A stretch of 64,000 bases of DNA from Mobula hypostoma (lineage: Eukaryota), in assembly GCF_963921235.1 (NCBI RefSeq), contig NC_086108.1:53384001-53448000 (forward strand), written 5' to 3'. The notes beneath the pieces were generated by a model. That model ran no database searches, had not been told where the DNA came from, and saw nothing but the letters and a program-made list of their open reading frames with translations. Positions 27,754-41,882 of this stretch are shown piece by piece. Each line of letters begins with the position of its first letter. Position 1 is the stretch's first letter. The translations under genes and the position numbers were made by a program.

Positions 27754-30700
27754 TGTAGATTACAGATAATTCTATTCTTTATTACTTGCAAGGGATAAAT
27801 TCACCTCCACTCCAACCAGGGATGGTAGGGCACTTCCAATGCATTGTTTACAAAGCATTCTTTTTATACAAAAGAACAAGACAGGTTTACTATTTCCAGC
27901 TAGCTCAGTCCTTCTGACACATTTGTTGTAGTCTGCCATCTGCGGTTGACTCATCTCTGCTACTTACTTATTCTTGCACAATGTTCATTACCATGGGTTC
28001 TCACAGTGACGTATTCCTTTAGTAAGCCCGTTTCTTGTAGTCATATTCATATATTGCAACCTATTAGTTTAGCATTCTCCTCCATTTTTTTTGCATCAAA
28101 TGGTTACAAAGGAAAAAGAAGTTCAATACACATTTCCACATTCTCTCCTTGTCACCCCATGACAACATACAGTCAATATTATCAGGATTTACAAAGCAAA
28201 TTATGCCTTTAAGGACACAATGATTCAGCTCTCAGGGCTTTCTTTTACCTTTTATCTCATCCCTTACCAGCGAATTCCCAAAAGCCTAATACCCCCTCTT
28301 TTTCGAGCCCACTACTGAGCACAAGAATCACAATCAGAACATTGCCATTATTATTAAACAAATGGTTATTCCATAATTTAAGACAGTAGCCCCCTCTATC
28401 CTGCCAGCATCCCAAATGGCCACCAGCTTCCTGGGGATTTATAATTGTTGAACTGTTTGCTCACATTTCTAGTTCTATCTGCAGCCTCTCAAATATAATC
28501 TGTCAGATGAGTTATGTTTTCAGATTCGTCCGGTATGTAGGTGCCCAATTAAAGCACGTGTGCCTCCTTTTTCAGCTAATTTATAGTCTAGGGCCATTTG
28601 GTTTTGCAGAACTACAGTTTGTGCTGCCACTAACTCTGCCAATATTTCAGAAGTTGCTTTTTGTCCCTCATCAAGGGAGCCAGATGTGTCATTTGCCAAT
28701 TTCTCAAGGGTGAAAGTTATGTTAATCAATTCCCAAGCAGCTTTTCCCGTCCAATATTGAGGGAACGCTATCATCCAGAACCTTTCGGCTTCAGTTATGT
28801 GTCACTACCTCCTTTTTATATGATGCTGTTTATGTCCCAAATCATACGTATGATGCATGAAAGGTACCACATATCCTAAATAACAGCAGCCCTTCCAACT
28901 CCAAGGGAACCATAGATAAGCTCGCTCACCGCTTATCCAGTATGTGCCAGTTAATGTCTAAGGCACCTGTTGTTCCAACCCATGAACTGACTTCTGTCTT
29001 CCCTCTTACACCAGCACTGATCAACTGTCTGCAGGATAACATGCAATGCAAGGGGTCTTAATTTTGTCAAATTGTATTTGGGGAACCACCAACCCTTGAA
29101 ACATTTATTCCACGTAAAATTAATTTTTCCGACATTATTCAGTGATCCCTTTGGTTCCTCTCGTTACTACTTAAATGGTCTGGGGATGTTCAGCCATCTG
29201 AACAATTCCACTACTAGGGTTAAGTTATTTTCCAAAGAACCGGGAGTTGAATGATGACAGCTAAGGGAGTTATAAGCTTCTGCCTCTTCATTATCGAATG
29301 GTGCTGGTAGAAAGGGTACTCTAATCTCTGCATGTAATGGGACTACTATACAGACCCAACAGCTTAATACATTAATTCTGTTGGCATATTCACGTGACAT
29401 GTGTAAAAAGGATTTCTGGGCATTTTCCTCTGTCAGGAAGAGGGTAACCACCATCACCAATTTAGTTAGCTGCTTCATCATGGTGTTATGTCATCAGACA
29501 CCTTTTTACAATGAGGTGTGAATCCAGGTTGGTTTGTCTCTTACCTTGATGGCAGCATTGGTGACTGACAGCATTAGTGACCGACAGCATTAGTGACCAA
29601 CAGCACCTGAAATGGCCCCCTCAGAGCGGGGTTCCAGACAAGTTTTTTCTTTTAAATGTCTATACCACTACATGGTCTCCAGCCTCAGTATTGTGGCATT
29701 TAATGTTTACTGTAGTTTGCTGGGCTTCTTTCACCTGTTGATGAGATTTGGTAAGGCTCTTTGTTAAGGCAATGCAATCATTCAGCATATTCTCGTCCAG
29801 ATTATTTACATCCAGTTGCTTAATCCCTAGGGGTTAATCAGTTGGCAAGCACAGAGGTCTGCCCATTATTTCATGTGGGGATAGACCCATGGTTCTATTG
29901 GCAGCAGCTTGAATGGTCATCTGAGCCAAAGGTAATACCTTAACCCTGTTTCCTCACATGATTTTCTTAGTTTGTTCTTAATTGTTCCATTCATTCTTTC
30001 TATTAAACCTGCTGATCGAGAATGGTAGCTACAATGAAAATGCTGATCTATCTGTAAAGCTTTATGTAATTCCTTAATTAGCTTGTCAGTAAAATGGTAC
30101 CATTGTCACTGGATAGTTTCCAAGGAATCCCAAATCGTGGGATTATTACCTTTAACAAACATTTTGCTTCTGTAACTGCATCATTTTCCTATAAGAAAAT
30201 GCTTCAACCCACAGCGAAAATACATCAATAAATACTAATACATATTTATATCCTTCCCATGGCGATAGCTCAATAAAATCCATCTATAATTGCACAGACT
30301 GTCCATTGCCAGCGGGGTACCAGCTTTCCGGGATTTTATAAGGCACATATCATACCTACTTACTTACTGCCCATTACTCTGCTGGCATTTAGGGCAGCAG
30401 TGAAGCTCCTCCATTTCTGGCGGTGTTCAGGGCTTCCTTCATCATGTTAGTAGCTTTCTCTCAGATTTCACTACTGTCAGTCATGCAAGTCGTGGGTGAA
30501 GACTCCGGAATATTGTTGCACTCGGATGTAGAAGGATTCTTCATTGCTGTTTCTGTAACAATTTTGTTTTACCAGTCAGTGTTGTTAGCCCTGAGCTGAA
30601 TCCCTGAACCTGAAGGACTAATGGACCACTCTTAGTCTGGCCTCTACCCTTTGACCTGTTTGGCATGGGTGACCCTACCAAGAGCCAAAGCATAAAGCCC

Positions 30701-31927
30701 TGACTCCAGCCAACGTACTCTCCGGATCATTGAGGCACACAAGCCACCAAACCATGACAAGGTTGTGGGCCTCTTGGAGGCACATATCATACATTGCCTA
30801 CATATTTATCCTTTTACCTCATATGCCTGGAGTGTACCAGGCCTGATATGTTTGATCAATTATCCCCCTTTTTCCCATTTGTGTGAATTTGTGAATGCAG
30901 CAGGCAATTCGTGGTATCAATTCTACTGGGGCAGCCAGACATCCATCTGAGTGCTGTCACAAGCCGTAATGTTGCTGACAACCCATCCTTTCCCATTTTC
31001 TTTTCTCATCCAATGGTGCCTCAGACTGGTACTTTTGCACACCTGCCAACTGCACTATTTGCAACTTTTGTTTTGAACCTTGTGTCCTTTTGCAGCTTAT
31101 TTGTGCAGTAGATGAAAGGAGTCGTGCTCAAAGGTTTCCTTGTTTGGGAAGGTCAACAGAAGATCATTCATGTACTGTATTAGAGTAGAGCTCCTGGTGA
31201 TATTCTTTACCTTTTTCTGTTTTCACTTCACATGACAAAACACTGATTGCATCAAAACTATTTTCCAAGTGATCTCAAACTCTAAATCAGTATATCAAAG
31301 GAGTCACGCAATACCTTTTATGTTCTGTCTGGAATATCCGGAATACAGATGCAGGAATTTCCGGTTTACTTAACCTGAATTTTACTTGGCCAGTGCGGAA
31401 TCAGAGTTTCTCTAAAATAAGCTCCATGGAAACAAATAAAGAAACACAAACCAAAAAAGCACAGACAAGACAAAACTAAAATCCATACTTGTACTGGTCT
31501 TCCTTGCAAGTCACTTCAAAACTTAGAATAAACAGATAATTCTGACCGTGAAAACTTTCACACATTTTACAAAGTACCAAGGAGAGGAAAAACTGCTACA
31601 TGGGACCCTGACACATGAACCACGTGAACACATTTTAAAACACAAAAGTGAAACCATACCAGAGTAAAATATTTGGTGTAAGGCAGAAGATTAATTTGAT
31701 CCTCCCATTATTAATTGAGCAAACAAAAATCATCATCTCCGTCTCCGAATCTGTCTCCATCTTCTCTCTGTCCCCCCGTTACGATCAGACAAATTTGAGA
31801 AAATTAAGATTTTTTAAGCACATTTCTTTTACATATGACATATTAGATTACCACTCTGGGATTGTCTACTCCATTTTGTCACATCAAATGGTTACAGAAA
31901 ATACAAAGTTCGATACATATTTTCACA
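27754..31927 (-). mobile_element. Decayed endogenous retrovirus (class I-like: pol and env remnants, LTR-like ends)
   Basis: Env TM LQNQMALDYKLAEKGGTRALIG (28520-28774; immunosuppressive domain), SU CWVC motif (29167-29481), integrase core (~29500-30300: DFIELS, IDVFSLWVEAF, SSDNG, SAGLIERMNGTIK) and RT LIQYMNDLLL (~31160-31190). 3' LTR candidate 27754-28140 (TG..CA, PPT aaggagagaa, AATAAA). 31868-31927 resembles 28078-28140. Confidence 0.85.
30356..30777 (-). mobile_element. Bipartite RTE-derived non-autonomous retroelement inserted in ERV pol
   Basis: Perfect 15-bp TSD aggcacatatcatac (30341-30355 and 30778-30792) and a (TAAG)n-type tail. The 5' part resembles an RTE/Expander 5'-UTR; the 3' part reads RQKWRSFTAALNA like an RTE ORF end. 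Confidence 0.75.
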
Positions 31928-32204
31928 ATACCCTACCCGCTACTGAAACCAAGAAGTTTCCAGAAAAATAGACTGCAACCGCTGGAAAACTCACTGAACA
32001 ATTATGTGTATATACATGATTTTCTATATATATTTTCTTTTAATTCAAGCATAAGAATGTTAAACTACAAGAAAAATAAGAATACTACACTCCAATCTAA
32101 CAAAGGCAAACAGTGGAAATAAATGGATCATTCTCAGTTCACAGGCTGGGACTGGTTGGGTAATGCAGGGATTTGTACTTGGACCCCATTTATTCATACT
32201 CTGA

Positions 32205-35200
32205 TATAGAACATAAAACATGGAATAGTACAGCACAGTACAGGCCCTTGGGCTCACAATGTTGTGCCAACCCTTAAATTCTGCCTCCCATATAACCCCC
32301 ACCTTAAATTCCTCCATATACCTGTCTAGTAGTCTCTTAAATTTCACTAGTGTATCTGCCTCCACCACTGACTCAGGCAGTGCATTCCACGCACCAACCA
32401 CTTTCTGAGTAAAAAACCTTCCTCTAATATACCCCTTGAACTTCCCACCCCTTACCTTAAAGCCGTGTCCTCTTATACTGAGCAGTGGTGCCCTGGGGAA
32501 GAGGCGCTGGCTGTCCACTCTATCTATTCTTCTTAATATCTTGTATACTTGTATATCATGTCTCCTCTCATCCTCCTTCTCTCCAAAGAGTAAAGCCCTA
32601 GCTTCCTTAATCTCTGATCATAATGCATACTCTCTAAACCAGGCAGCAACCCGGTAAATCTCCTCTGTACCCTTTCCAATGCTTCCACATCCTTCCTATA
32701 GTGAGGCGACCGGAACTGGACACAGTATTCCAAGTATGGCCTAACCAGAGTTTTATAGAGCTGCATCATTACATCGCGACTCTTAAACGCTATCCCTCGA
32801 CTTACGAAAACTAACATCCCATAAACTTTCTTAACCACCTTTCTATCCACCTGTGAGGCAACTTTCAGGGATCTGTGGACATGTATCCCCAGATCCCTCT
32901 GCTCCTCCACACTACCATGTATCCTGGCATTTACTTTGTACTCTGCCTTGGAGTTTGTCCTTCCAAAGTGTACCACCTCACACTTCTCTGAGTTGAACTT
33001 CATCTGCCACTTCTCAGCCCACTTCGGCATCCTATCAATGTCTCTCTGCGATCTTCGATAGTCCTCTACACTATCCACGACACCACCAACCTTTGTGTCA
33101 TCTGCAAACTTGCCAACCCATCCTTCTACCTTGACATCCAGGTCGTTAATAAAAATCACGAAAAGTAGAGGTCCCAGAACAGATCCTTGTAGGACACCAC
33201 TAGTCACAACCCTCCAATCCCAATGTACTCCCTCCACCAGGCAAGCCAATTCTGAATCCACCAAACTTCCCTGGATCCCATGCTTTCTGACTTTCTGAAT
33301 AAGCCTACTGTGTGGAACCTTGTCAAATGCCTTACAAAAATCCATGTAGATCACATCCACTGCATTACCCTCATCCATATGCCTGGTCACCTCCTCAAAG
33401 AACTCTATTAGGCTTGTTAGACACGATCTGCCCTTCACAAAGCCATGCTGACTGTCCCTGATCAGACCATAATTCTCTAAATGCTCATAGATACTATCTC
33501 TAAGAATCTTTTCCAACAGCTTTCCCACCACAGATGTAAGGCTCACTGGTCTATAATTACCCGGACTATCTCTACTACCTTTTTTGAACAAGGGGACAAC
33601 ATTCGCCTCCCTCCAATCCTCCGGTGCCATTCCTACGGACAATGAGGACATAAAGATCCTAGCCAGAGGTTCAGCAATCTCTTCCCTTGCCTCGTGGAGC
33701 AGCCTGGGGAATATTCCGTCAGGCCCCGGGGACTTACATAGTCATTGTCATATTTTATTGATCCCGAGGGAAATTGGTTTTCGTTACAGTTGCACCTTAA
33801 GTAATTAAATAGTGATAAAACTATAAATAATTAAATAGTAATATGTAAATTATGCCAGGAAATAAGTCCAGGACCAGCCTATTGGCTCAGGGTGTCTGAC
33901 CCTCCAAGGGAGGAGTTGTAAAGTTTGATGGCCACAGGCAGGAATGACTTCCTATGACGCTCTGTGTTGCATCTCAGTGGAATGAGTCTCTGGCTGAATG
34001 TACTCCTGTGCCCAACCAGTCCATTATGTAGTGGATGGGAGACATTGTCCAAGATGTATTTTACCTGTCCTAATGTATTTTAACAACTCCAACACCTCCT
34101 CTCCCTTAGTAGCAACATGCTCCAGAACATCAACCTCACTCATATTGTCCTCACCGTCATCAAGTTCCCTCTCATAGGTGAATACCGAAGAGAAGTATTC
34201 ATTGAGGACCTCACTGACTTCCACAGCCTCCGGGCACATCTTCCCACCTTTATCTCTAATCAGTCCTACCTTCACTCCTGTCATCCTTTTGTTCTTCACA
34301 TAATTGAAGAATGCCTTGGGGTTTTCCTTTACCCTCCTCGCCAAGGCCTTCTCTTACCTCCTTCTTGCTTTCCTCAGCCCCTTAAGCTCCTTTCTTGCTA
34401 CCCTATATTCCTCAATAGACCCATCTGATCCTTGCTTCCTAAACCTCATGTATGCTGCCTTCTTCCACCTGACTAGAATTTCCACCTCACTTGTCACCTA
34501 TGGTTCCTTCACCCTACCATTCTTTATCTTCCTCACTGGGACAAATTTATCCCTGACATTCTGCAAGAGAGCCCTAAACATCGACCACATGTCCATAGTA
34601 TATTTCCCTGCAAAAACATCATCCCAATTCACACCTACAAGTTCTAGCCTTGTAGCCTCCTAATTTGCCCTTCCCCAATTAAAAATTTTTCTGTCCTCTC
34701 TGATTCTATCCTTTTCCATGATAAGGTTAAAGGCCAGGGAACAGTGGTCACTGTCCCCCAGATGCTCACCCACTGAGAGATCTGTGACCTGACCCAGATT
34801 CGTTACCTAATACTAGATCTAGTATGGCATTCCCCCTAGTCGGCCTGTCAACATACTGTGACAGGAATTCATTCTGGACACACTTAACAAACTCTTGCCC
34901 CGTCTAAACTATTGGAACTAATCAGGTGCCAATCAATATTAGGGAAGTTAAAGTCACCCATGATAACAACCCTGTTATTTTTGCACCTTTCCAAAATCTG
35001 CCTCCCAATCTGCTCCTCGGTATCTCTGCTGCTACCAGGGGGCCTACAGAATATCCCCAATAGAGTAACTGCGCCCTTCCTGTTCCTGACTTCTACCCAT
35101 ATTGACTCAAAGAATGTAGGATCCTGCTACATTACCCACCCTTTCTGTAGCTGTAATAGTATCCCTGACCAGTAATGCCACCACTCCTCCCCTTTCCCCC

Positions 35201-36750
35201 CTCTCTATCCCTTTTAAAGCACTGAAATCCAGGAGTATTGAGAATCCAATTTATTCCTGCCCTGGTGCCAGCCAAGTCTCTGTAATGGCCACTACATCAT
35301 AATTCCATGTATGTATCCAAGCTCTCAGTTCATCACCTTTGTTCCTGATGCTTCTTGCATTGAGGTACACACACTTCAGCCCTTCTGCCTTACTACCTTT
35401 ACATCCTTTGTTCTGCTTTCTTTCCTCAAAGCCTGTTTATATGTTAGATCTGGCTTTACTTCATGCGCTATACTTGCGGTTCTTGCATGACCTTTATCCT
35501 CCTCCACCTCACTATCTGCTCTAACACTTTGGTTCCCCTCCCCCTGCAAATCTAATTTAAACCCCCCGGAGCAGCACCAGTAAACCTTCCTGCAAGGATG
35601 GTAGTCCCCCTCCAGTTCAGGTGCAACCCATCCCGTCGGAACAGGTCCCACCTTCCCTGGAACAAGGCCCAATTGTCCAGAAACATGAAGCCCTCTGTCC
35701 TGCACCAACTTCTTGGCCACGTATTTAGATTTTAGCTGTATTATCTTCCTATTTCTAACCTCACTAGCACGTGGCACGGGTAGCAGTCCTGAGATGGCAA
35801 CCCTGGAGGTCCTGTCCTTCAACTTTGCACCTAACTCCCTAAGCTCCCTTTGCAGGACTCCACCTCCTTCCTATACATGTCATTGGTCCCTACATGGATC
35901 ATGACATCTGACTGCTCACCCTCCTTCCTCAGAATACTGAGAACTCGATCCGAGATATCGCGGACCCTGTTACCAAGGAGGCAACAGACCATCTGGGATT
36001 CTCGATCTCTCCCACAGAACCTCTTATCTGTCCCCCTAACTATCGAATCCCCTATCACTACTGCTCTCCTCTTTTCCCTCCTTCCCTTCTGAGCTGGGGG
36101 TCCAGTCTCAGTGCCAGAGATGCGACCACTGCAATTTGTCCCTGGTAGGTCATCCCCACCAACAGTATCCAAAACAGTATACTTATTGTTGATGGGAATG
36201 GCCACAGGGGTGCTCTGCTCTTTCTGTCTATTCCCCTTCCCTCTCCTGATAGTCACGCAGCTACGTGTCTCCTGACTTTTAGGGGTGACTATCTCCCTGA
36301 AACTCCTGTCTATTTCTGCCTCTGCCTCACAAATGATCCGAAGTTCATCCAGCTCCAGCTCCCTAACTCGGTTTGTCAGGAGCTGAAGCTGGATGCACCT
36401 TTTACAGGTGTAATCATCAGGGACAATTGTGCTTGCCCTGACTTCCCACGTACTGCAAATGGAGCACTCGACTGCTCTAACTGCTACCTCCATTACCTAC
36501 TCCTAAATTAATTAGATTAATTACAGGAACTTACCCGGCCTTACCTCACTTGGAGTGGAGCTCATCCTCAGCCTCTGCTCGCCGAACCCTCTTGAGCCAA
36601 AGCCTTCCTACTCGGTCTCCCTCTACTCTGTCGCCCACTCTGTTAATCTGCTTGCTTTTTAAACTCTCCCGCCGTTCCACAGGCCAACCTTCACGCACTT
36701 GTGCAGTTGTGCCCCGTTCAAACTGCCGAAGAAATGACCTTCCCCTTCTC
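32205..36750 (-). mobile_element. Near full-length CR1 LINE (ORF1 zinc finger + SGNH esterase; ORF2 APE-RT), disrupted
   Basis: ORF1 35831-36493 and 35376-35822 (CxxC..CxxC, coiled coil, VVIGDSIVRG, IHVGTND; frameshift). Endonuclease region ~34850-35350. RT 32533-33651 (YRPVSLTS, YMDFCKAFDKV, QGSVLGPLLF, KFADDTK). C-terminus 32060-32518. Confidence 0.92.
33737..34056 (-). mobile_element. Short 3' fragment of the Rex1/Babar-like family nested in CR1 ORF2
   Basis: Near-identical to 22055-22376 including the gtcata tail; ttac is present on both sides. Confidence 0.88.
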
Positions 36751-39009
36751 AGTCTGCACGCTATATTTCCAGGGTTAGATAATGAGATAACATCAGATGA
36801 AATGGTGATAGGGAGAATGATGTAAGGAAGTTTCAAGGGGATATAGATCAGCTGAGTGAGCAAAAACATGCTTAATACAAAAGACATACTTTGATAATAA
36901 ATGTACTTTGAATCCTTTGGGGAAAAAGTTATGGATTTTGACTAACAAAATAGAGAAAACAAAGTGATTATTATATTGCAGGTGATTGAATAACATTTAT
37001 GTCCAAAATGGAAAAAAATGTTCATTTACACAAGTCAATGAAAGTCAACTTCTGGTGAAGGAAGCAATTAAGGTACTGAATGATATTTGCCATTTGTTAC
37101 AAGGGGATTTGAGCATAAGACTAAAGATATCTTAATGAAATTATAAGTTCACACCTGTCCCTTTTGTGAACAGTTTGATTTCACTAAAGAGGGAATATTG
37201 TGTACCAGCCATAGAATTCAGCAAAGGCTGCTTCCCACAATGATGGATTTGACTTGTAAGGATGAATAGGCCTGTATTCCCTGGAGTTTAGAAAAATGAA
37301 ATGAGATCCCTTTAAAACTACAAAGCTTGATTGGCTAAATGTAGAATGGATGGTTCATAGAAACATAGAAAATAGGTGTAGGAGTAGGCCATTCAGCCCT
37401 TCGAGCCTGCACCGTCATTTATTATGATCATGGCTGATCATCCAACTCAGAACCCTGCACCAGCCTTCCCTCCATACCCCCTGATCCCCGTAGCCACAAG
37501 GGCCATATCTAACTCCCTCTCCCCGTAGCCACAAGGGCCATATCTAATCCCCAGCTGAAAAGTCTAAAGTCATGGATCACAGACTCAGAGTAAGGGATCA
37601 GCCATGTATGAATGTGATAAGGAGAAATATTTTTATGCAGCAGAATCTTTGAGTTTCTCCACCATGGGGGGCTCTGGAGACTTGGTTATTCAGTTGCTCA
37701 AAATAGAGATCCAAAAAATTCCTGGAAATTTCGGGAATTTAGGGAAATGGCTATATTGCAGGAAAATGGTATTAAGATAGAAGGTTGGCTATGATCGAAG
37801 GAAATGGAGCAGCAGGCTGAAAATGCTAAATAGCATACTCCTGTTTCTGTATCTTAAGTTTTTCCTTCTCCTACCCCATCCCTTGCTTACATGAATCTAT
37901 TTATCAGAGTCTGTTTCCATCACTCTTTGAGGAAGCATTCAAAAAAAAATTAGAACATTCTGAGAGGAAAATCTCACATTATCACTATCTTACCATACTT
38001 TTAAACAGTACCCTTAGATGTAGGTGCCTCACAAGAAGTAGCATTCTTTGCATCCACCTTGCCAAGACCTCTCAGAAGCTAATACCTTCTAGTCAAATCT
38101 CCTGATATTCTTTGAAAATTCAGTGTATACAGGTCTATCCTATTAAAGTTTTGCCTCCTGCAGCAGCCCTTCCATTCTAGGTATTAGTCTAGTACACTTC
38201 TAAATTACTTTTATCAACGTCCTTCCAGAGATGTAGAAATCAATTCTTTGCACTGTAATCTTGACAGTCTTATCAATGTCCATTTTACACTGAAACATAA
38301 ATTTCCTACTTTTGTATTTGATTCTTCCAGCAAAAAACAGCAACTTACTTTCAACTTTCCACATTACTTGCAACTGCATGCAACCCTTTTGTGACTCGTT
38401 CTAGGGAATCTAGATACCTCTGCATTTTGGAATTCTGCATTCTCTTATCGTTTAGTTACATTCTTTAAGGAGGATCATACATGGTATTAATTATTTTTTC
38501 ATATTCTGGGCATTTCTGGAAGTATCTCCTTGTAACAAATGCTAGCATAGGATTTAATTTCTTAACTTCTTGCTATACCTACTGTACACATGGATTTGCA
38601 GTGTCTTTGTGTACAAGGACAACTGGTTCCTTTTGAATACCATAAAACAAAATACTGTATCAGATGGTTTGATTTTTAAAAAAAAGGATTTGTTTGAAAA
38701 ACTCATTTTGTATTTAATATTTCTTGTCAAAGTAATATGTTTTACAATTACCTCTTTATAAACTTTGCCCACTTGCTTATTTTTTTGTAACCTTCTTGCC
38801 TGTGTCAAGCAGCAATACTCTACAGATAGAGACTGAGTCAGAATTTTATACACGTGCTTTATTTATCCTTCTCTTAATGCACAGCTAATAACACTTAAGA
38901 CTACTAAAGCAAGTTGGTTAGGATAGCACCAAAACCAGATGACTGGCTTGATACATGATTTCAAGCTTATCCACTTACAATCTCCTCATCCCAAACATAA
39001 GGGCTTCCT

Positions 39010-39655
39010 CTTGATGCTTAGCATTCAATTCTAGAGGTATAGAATATAAGAGTAGGGATGTGATGTTGAGGCTCTGTAAGGCACTTGTGAGACCACACTT
39101 AGAGTATTGTGTGCAGTTTTGGGCTCTTTATTTTAGAAAAGATACACTGACGTTGGAGAGGGTTCAGAAAAGATTCATGAGAATGATTCCAGGAATGAAA
39201 CGGTTACCATATGAGGAACATCTGACAGCTCTTGGGCTGTATTCCCTGGAGTTCAGGAGAGTGAGGGAGGATCTCATAGAAATATTCCGAATGTTAAAAG
39301 GCCTGAACAGATTAGATATGGCAAAATTATTTCCCATGCTGAGGAGTCCAGGACAAGAGGGCACAACTTCCAGAAGAACGTCCATTTAGAACAGAGATGC
39401 AGAGAAATTACTGTAGTCAGAGAGTGGTAAATCTGTGGAATTTGTTGCCATGAGCGGCTGTGGAGGCCAAGTCACTGGGTGTATTTAAGACTGAGATAGA
39501 TAGGTTCTTGATTAGCCAAGGCATCAAAGGGTATGGGGAGAAGGCAGGGGAGTGGGGATGACTGGAAATTGGATCAGCCCATGATTGAATGGTGGAGCAG
39601 ACTTGATGGGCTAAATGGCCTACTTCTGCTCCTATATCTTATGGTCTTATGGTTC
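39010..39655 (+). mobile_element. CR1 LINE 3' fragment
   Basis: ORF 39060-39389 LVRPHLEYCVQFW...LGLYSLEFRR, with a tcttatggtcttatgg tail. Confidence 0.85.
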
Positions 39656-40039
39656 CTAGAGGGCCTTCAGTCTACGAAGGCTGGTCTCTGCAGAGATGTT
39701 GTGCAAGTATGGACTTTCCATCCCTCCTCATGTCCTTGGTGAGTTGTTTATTAGTTTGATGTATTTGATTGTTTGATCATTTGCACTGTGGGCATTGTTG
39801 ATCGTTTCAGTATGCCTTGGTTATACATTTGTAACATATCAGCATCAAACATTTTCAGCTGTCTACTGATTTGATCATACTTTGCTTCATAACCTTATGG
39901 TTTTCCAGCTGGGAAGGCACCGTAGCAAATTGCATTGAATAGCTTGAGAAGATGAACACAAACCCCTGCAAATCCAGATCTGGGCACTGGTCTTTGATTT
40001 GTGAATCCATCTTCTAGAAGCCTTTGGCTACATCTTTAT

Positions 40040-40705
40040 TGTATCAAAGTTCAAAATAATTTTATTATTGAAGTACACATATGTTACCATATACTACCTT
40101 GAGATTCATTTTCTTGCAGGCATTTACGGGGGGAAGTAATACAATAAAATTATGAAAACTTTACATAAACAGAAACAAAAAATAACAATAAACCAATTTG
40201 CTAAAATAGATAAACTGCACGTAAAAAGTAATACTGAGAACATGAGTTGTTAAAAGTCCTTGAAGGTGAGTCTGTAGATCATAGAATCAGTTCAGAGTAA
40301 CGGTGATTGAAGTTATCCATGCAGGTTCAGGAGCCTAATGGTTGTAGGGTAATAACTGTTCCTCAACCTGCTGGTGTGGGACCTAAAGCTTCTGTACCTC
40401 ATGCCTGTTGGCAATAGTGACAAGAGGTCATGGCGTGCGCATGGGTGGTGGGCATATTTGATTAATGTTGATTTTTTTGGTAGCAGTGCTCCATGTAAAT
40501 GTACTCAGTGATGGGGACGGCTTTGCCTGTGATAGACTGAGCTGTGCCCATCACTTTATGTAACCTTTTCCATTTGTGGGCACTGATGTTTCCCTATCAG
40601 GCCATGATACAAACAGTTAGGATTCTCTCCACTATACATCTACATAAGTTTGTCAAAGTTTTGGTGACATGCCAAATCTACACAAACTTCTAAGAAAATA
40701 GAGGC
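40040..40705 (-). mobile_element. Old LINE 3' fragment (same family as 17545-18890 and 51570-52260)
   Basis: Shares sequence blocks such as gagaacatgagttgt, gaagttatccat and gtgatggactgg with those copies. Confidence 0.6.
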
Positions 40706-41882
40706 AAATTTAGCAACTACACTGTAGCAGTTACTTGAAAACAAACCAAAACCACTGAGAGACTCAGTGTGGGAGTTGACACCGTATGATGCGCGTCCAA
40801 ATAACTAAATTCCAAGTCAGGAAAGTTATGCTCAATCCTTTATTATGAAACCTGCAAGGATGAACGATCCTATAGTGATTTTAAAAAAACTAACAGAACT
40901 AAATTTGAGATATAGCAAAAGTAACAAAATAAGTGTTCCAATTAGTGTAACTAAGTGAAGATCATACAATAGTGTAATTAACATTCAACAAAAAAAATCA
41001 CCCTCAACTCTCTACCTCTCAACTAGATTGACTAACCAAGACAAAGCGTGAATATGTAACTTTACTCATTTGCTTCTACCACACCCCAACCCTCATGACA
41101 CATTACCCATAATTACAAATGACCTACACAAATTACAATACAGATAGAAAATAGATACATGGCTCCTACTTCCCGAATTATTTAACTCTAGTAATTACAG
41201 CTACATACTATTAAAAATAGGAGACATAAAATCTTCAAGGATAAACACCTTAACATTAATTGAGATGTTCTCTTTCTTCTTCAAGTCATCAATAATAAGT
41301 ACAATGTATCCGGGAAGGAAATTGCACTTTATACCTGACCATTTCTGAAGTTCCTGTAACTGTGGTAGGTACTCCTTGACCCACCATTTCCAGAACAAGT
41401 TTGACATGTATTGGACTTGCTTCCATCAATGAAGATGTCTTTGTTTTGGAACTCTCCTGGTGGTAAGGATGGTGCGGTTTTTAGAAGCAACAGATGGTTG
41501 GGTGTTAGTGCTTGCAAATCATTGAGATCAGAGGATGTTTCAGTAATTGGATGACCATTGATAATAGCCCCTAACTGCTGCTACTAAGTTAACAAATTTC
41601 GTGTCACATGCTGGTGATAATAAACCTGATTCTGATTCATAAAGGACTGTGTGGAAATTGTCTTGGTCAAGTTTCTGTACCTTCATGGTGGAATTGAGGA
41701 CCTTTCACACGGATCTAATCAATCTCTCCCATGTTCCTTCATGATGCTTGACATGCCCCCATCCCTCTTCACTGTACTGCTTCTGCACGGCACATCAAAA
41801 CTTCTAAAGTAGTCCACTCCTACATGTGTAGACAGTTCCATCTGGAAATCTTTCTTTGGCAAAACCCAATAACCTCCATTTC

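Noticed and set aside
37478..37547. Duplicated ccccgtagccacaagggccatatctaa
   Set aside because: Local duplication at the truncated end of a CR1 tail insertion; no evidence of function.
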